From Octopus sinensis (taxonomy: Eukaryota): a stretch of DNA of 64,000 nt. Positions 63,552 through 64,000 of this stretch are shown here, in pieces. The position numbers and the translations under genes were made by a program. Below the pieces are notes generated by a model, which was not told the origin of the DNA, did no database searches, and saw nothing but the letters and a program-made list of their open reading frames with translations. Every line of letters starts with the position of its first letter. The stretch's first letter is position 1. The stretch spans positions 65,038,001-65,102,000 of the forward strand of contig NC_043004.1 of the NCBI RefSeq assembly GCF_006345805.1. Direction: 5' to 3'.

Positions 63552-64000
63552 TGAAGATTTTAGTTTTACGACTTTAAGAAAATATTATCATGAAGTATGT
63601 ATACACATGTGGACCGAGGCCTCTATGGGTTTGTGTATACAGAAAGAAGACTGCAATACCAGTTTTCAAAGCAGGTTAAAATGAGATAATTTTCCGCACA
63701 TGTGTAAAGCTAGACTGCAGTACGAAATAGCAAAGTACACCCAGAATGAAAACACTCCGTTACAAAAAAAATTATTCCGTACGTGTTTAGCAAGCGGTAA
63801 GGTATTTCAAGTTGGCGAATAAGAAGATACTTGGATATCATTAAACACAAGTAGAAATTTAGCATTTATATCCACAGCTGGATTACACAAGTTCAATAGG
63901 AGAAAGAAAACCTGCAGGGAAGAACGTCACTCATTATCAATAATACCATTTGTAAGTTTACAGTCATCGTCGATTATCCACTGATAACCTCTAATAAAGA

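Overview
AT-rich eukaryotic DNA that looks intronic or intergenic. No intact protein-coding gene, rRNA, tRNA or CRISPR array can be supported, and almost all ORFs in the supplied track are translations of microsatellites. The heavy microsatellite load and the tRNA-derived SINE families suggest a coleoid cephalopod such as Octopus (inference from recall, not a database result). The window is a patchwork of: (i) at least four SINE families, labelled A-D here for convenience; (ii) decayed LINE pieces (CR1-group, RTE, R4/Dong-like restriction-like endonuclease, Penelope-like GIY-YIG); (iii) DNA-transposon remnants (mariner, Tc1-like, hAT, piggyBac-like, Helitron-like); and (iv) long simple-repeat tracts. 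The most notable signal is a set of minimal type I hammerhead-ribozyme motifs with palindromic stem III. Several sit in fold-back structures next to (TA)n tracts, including a near-perfect 465-bp spacerless palindrome (42957-43421) with a hammerhead on each strand. All four inverted pairs found share the same outward polarity. A four-copy CRE (TGACGTCA) array phased at exactly 42 bp and a CR1/SINE shared 3' tail also merit follow-up. All coordinates were read by eye and may be off by a few bases at diffuse ends.
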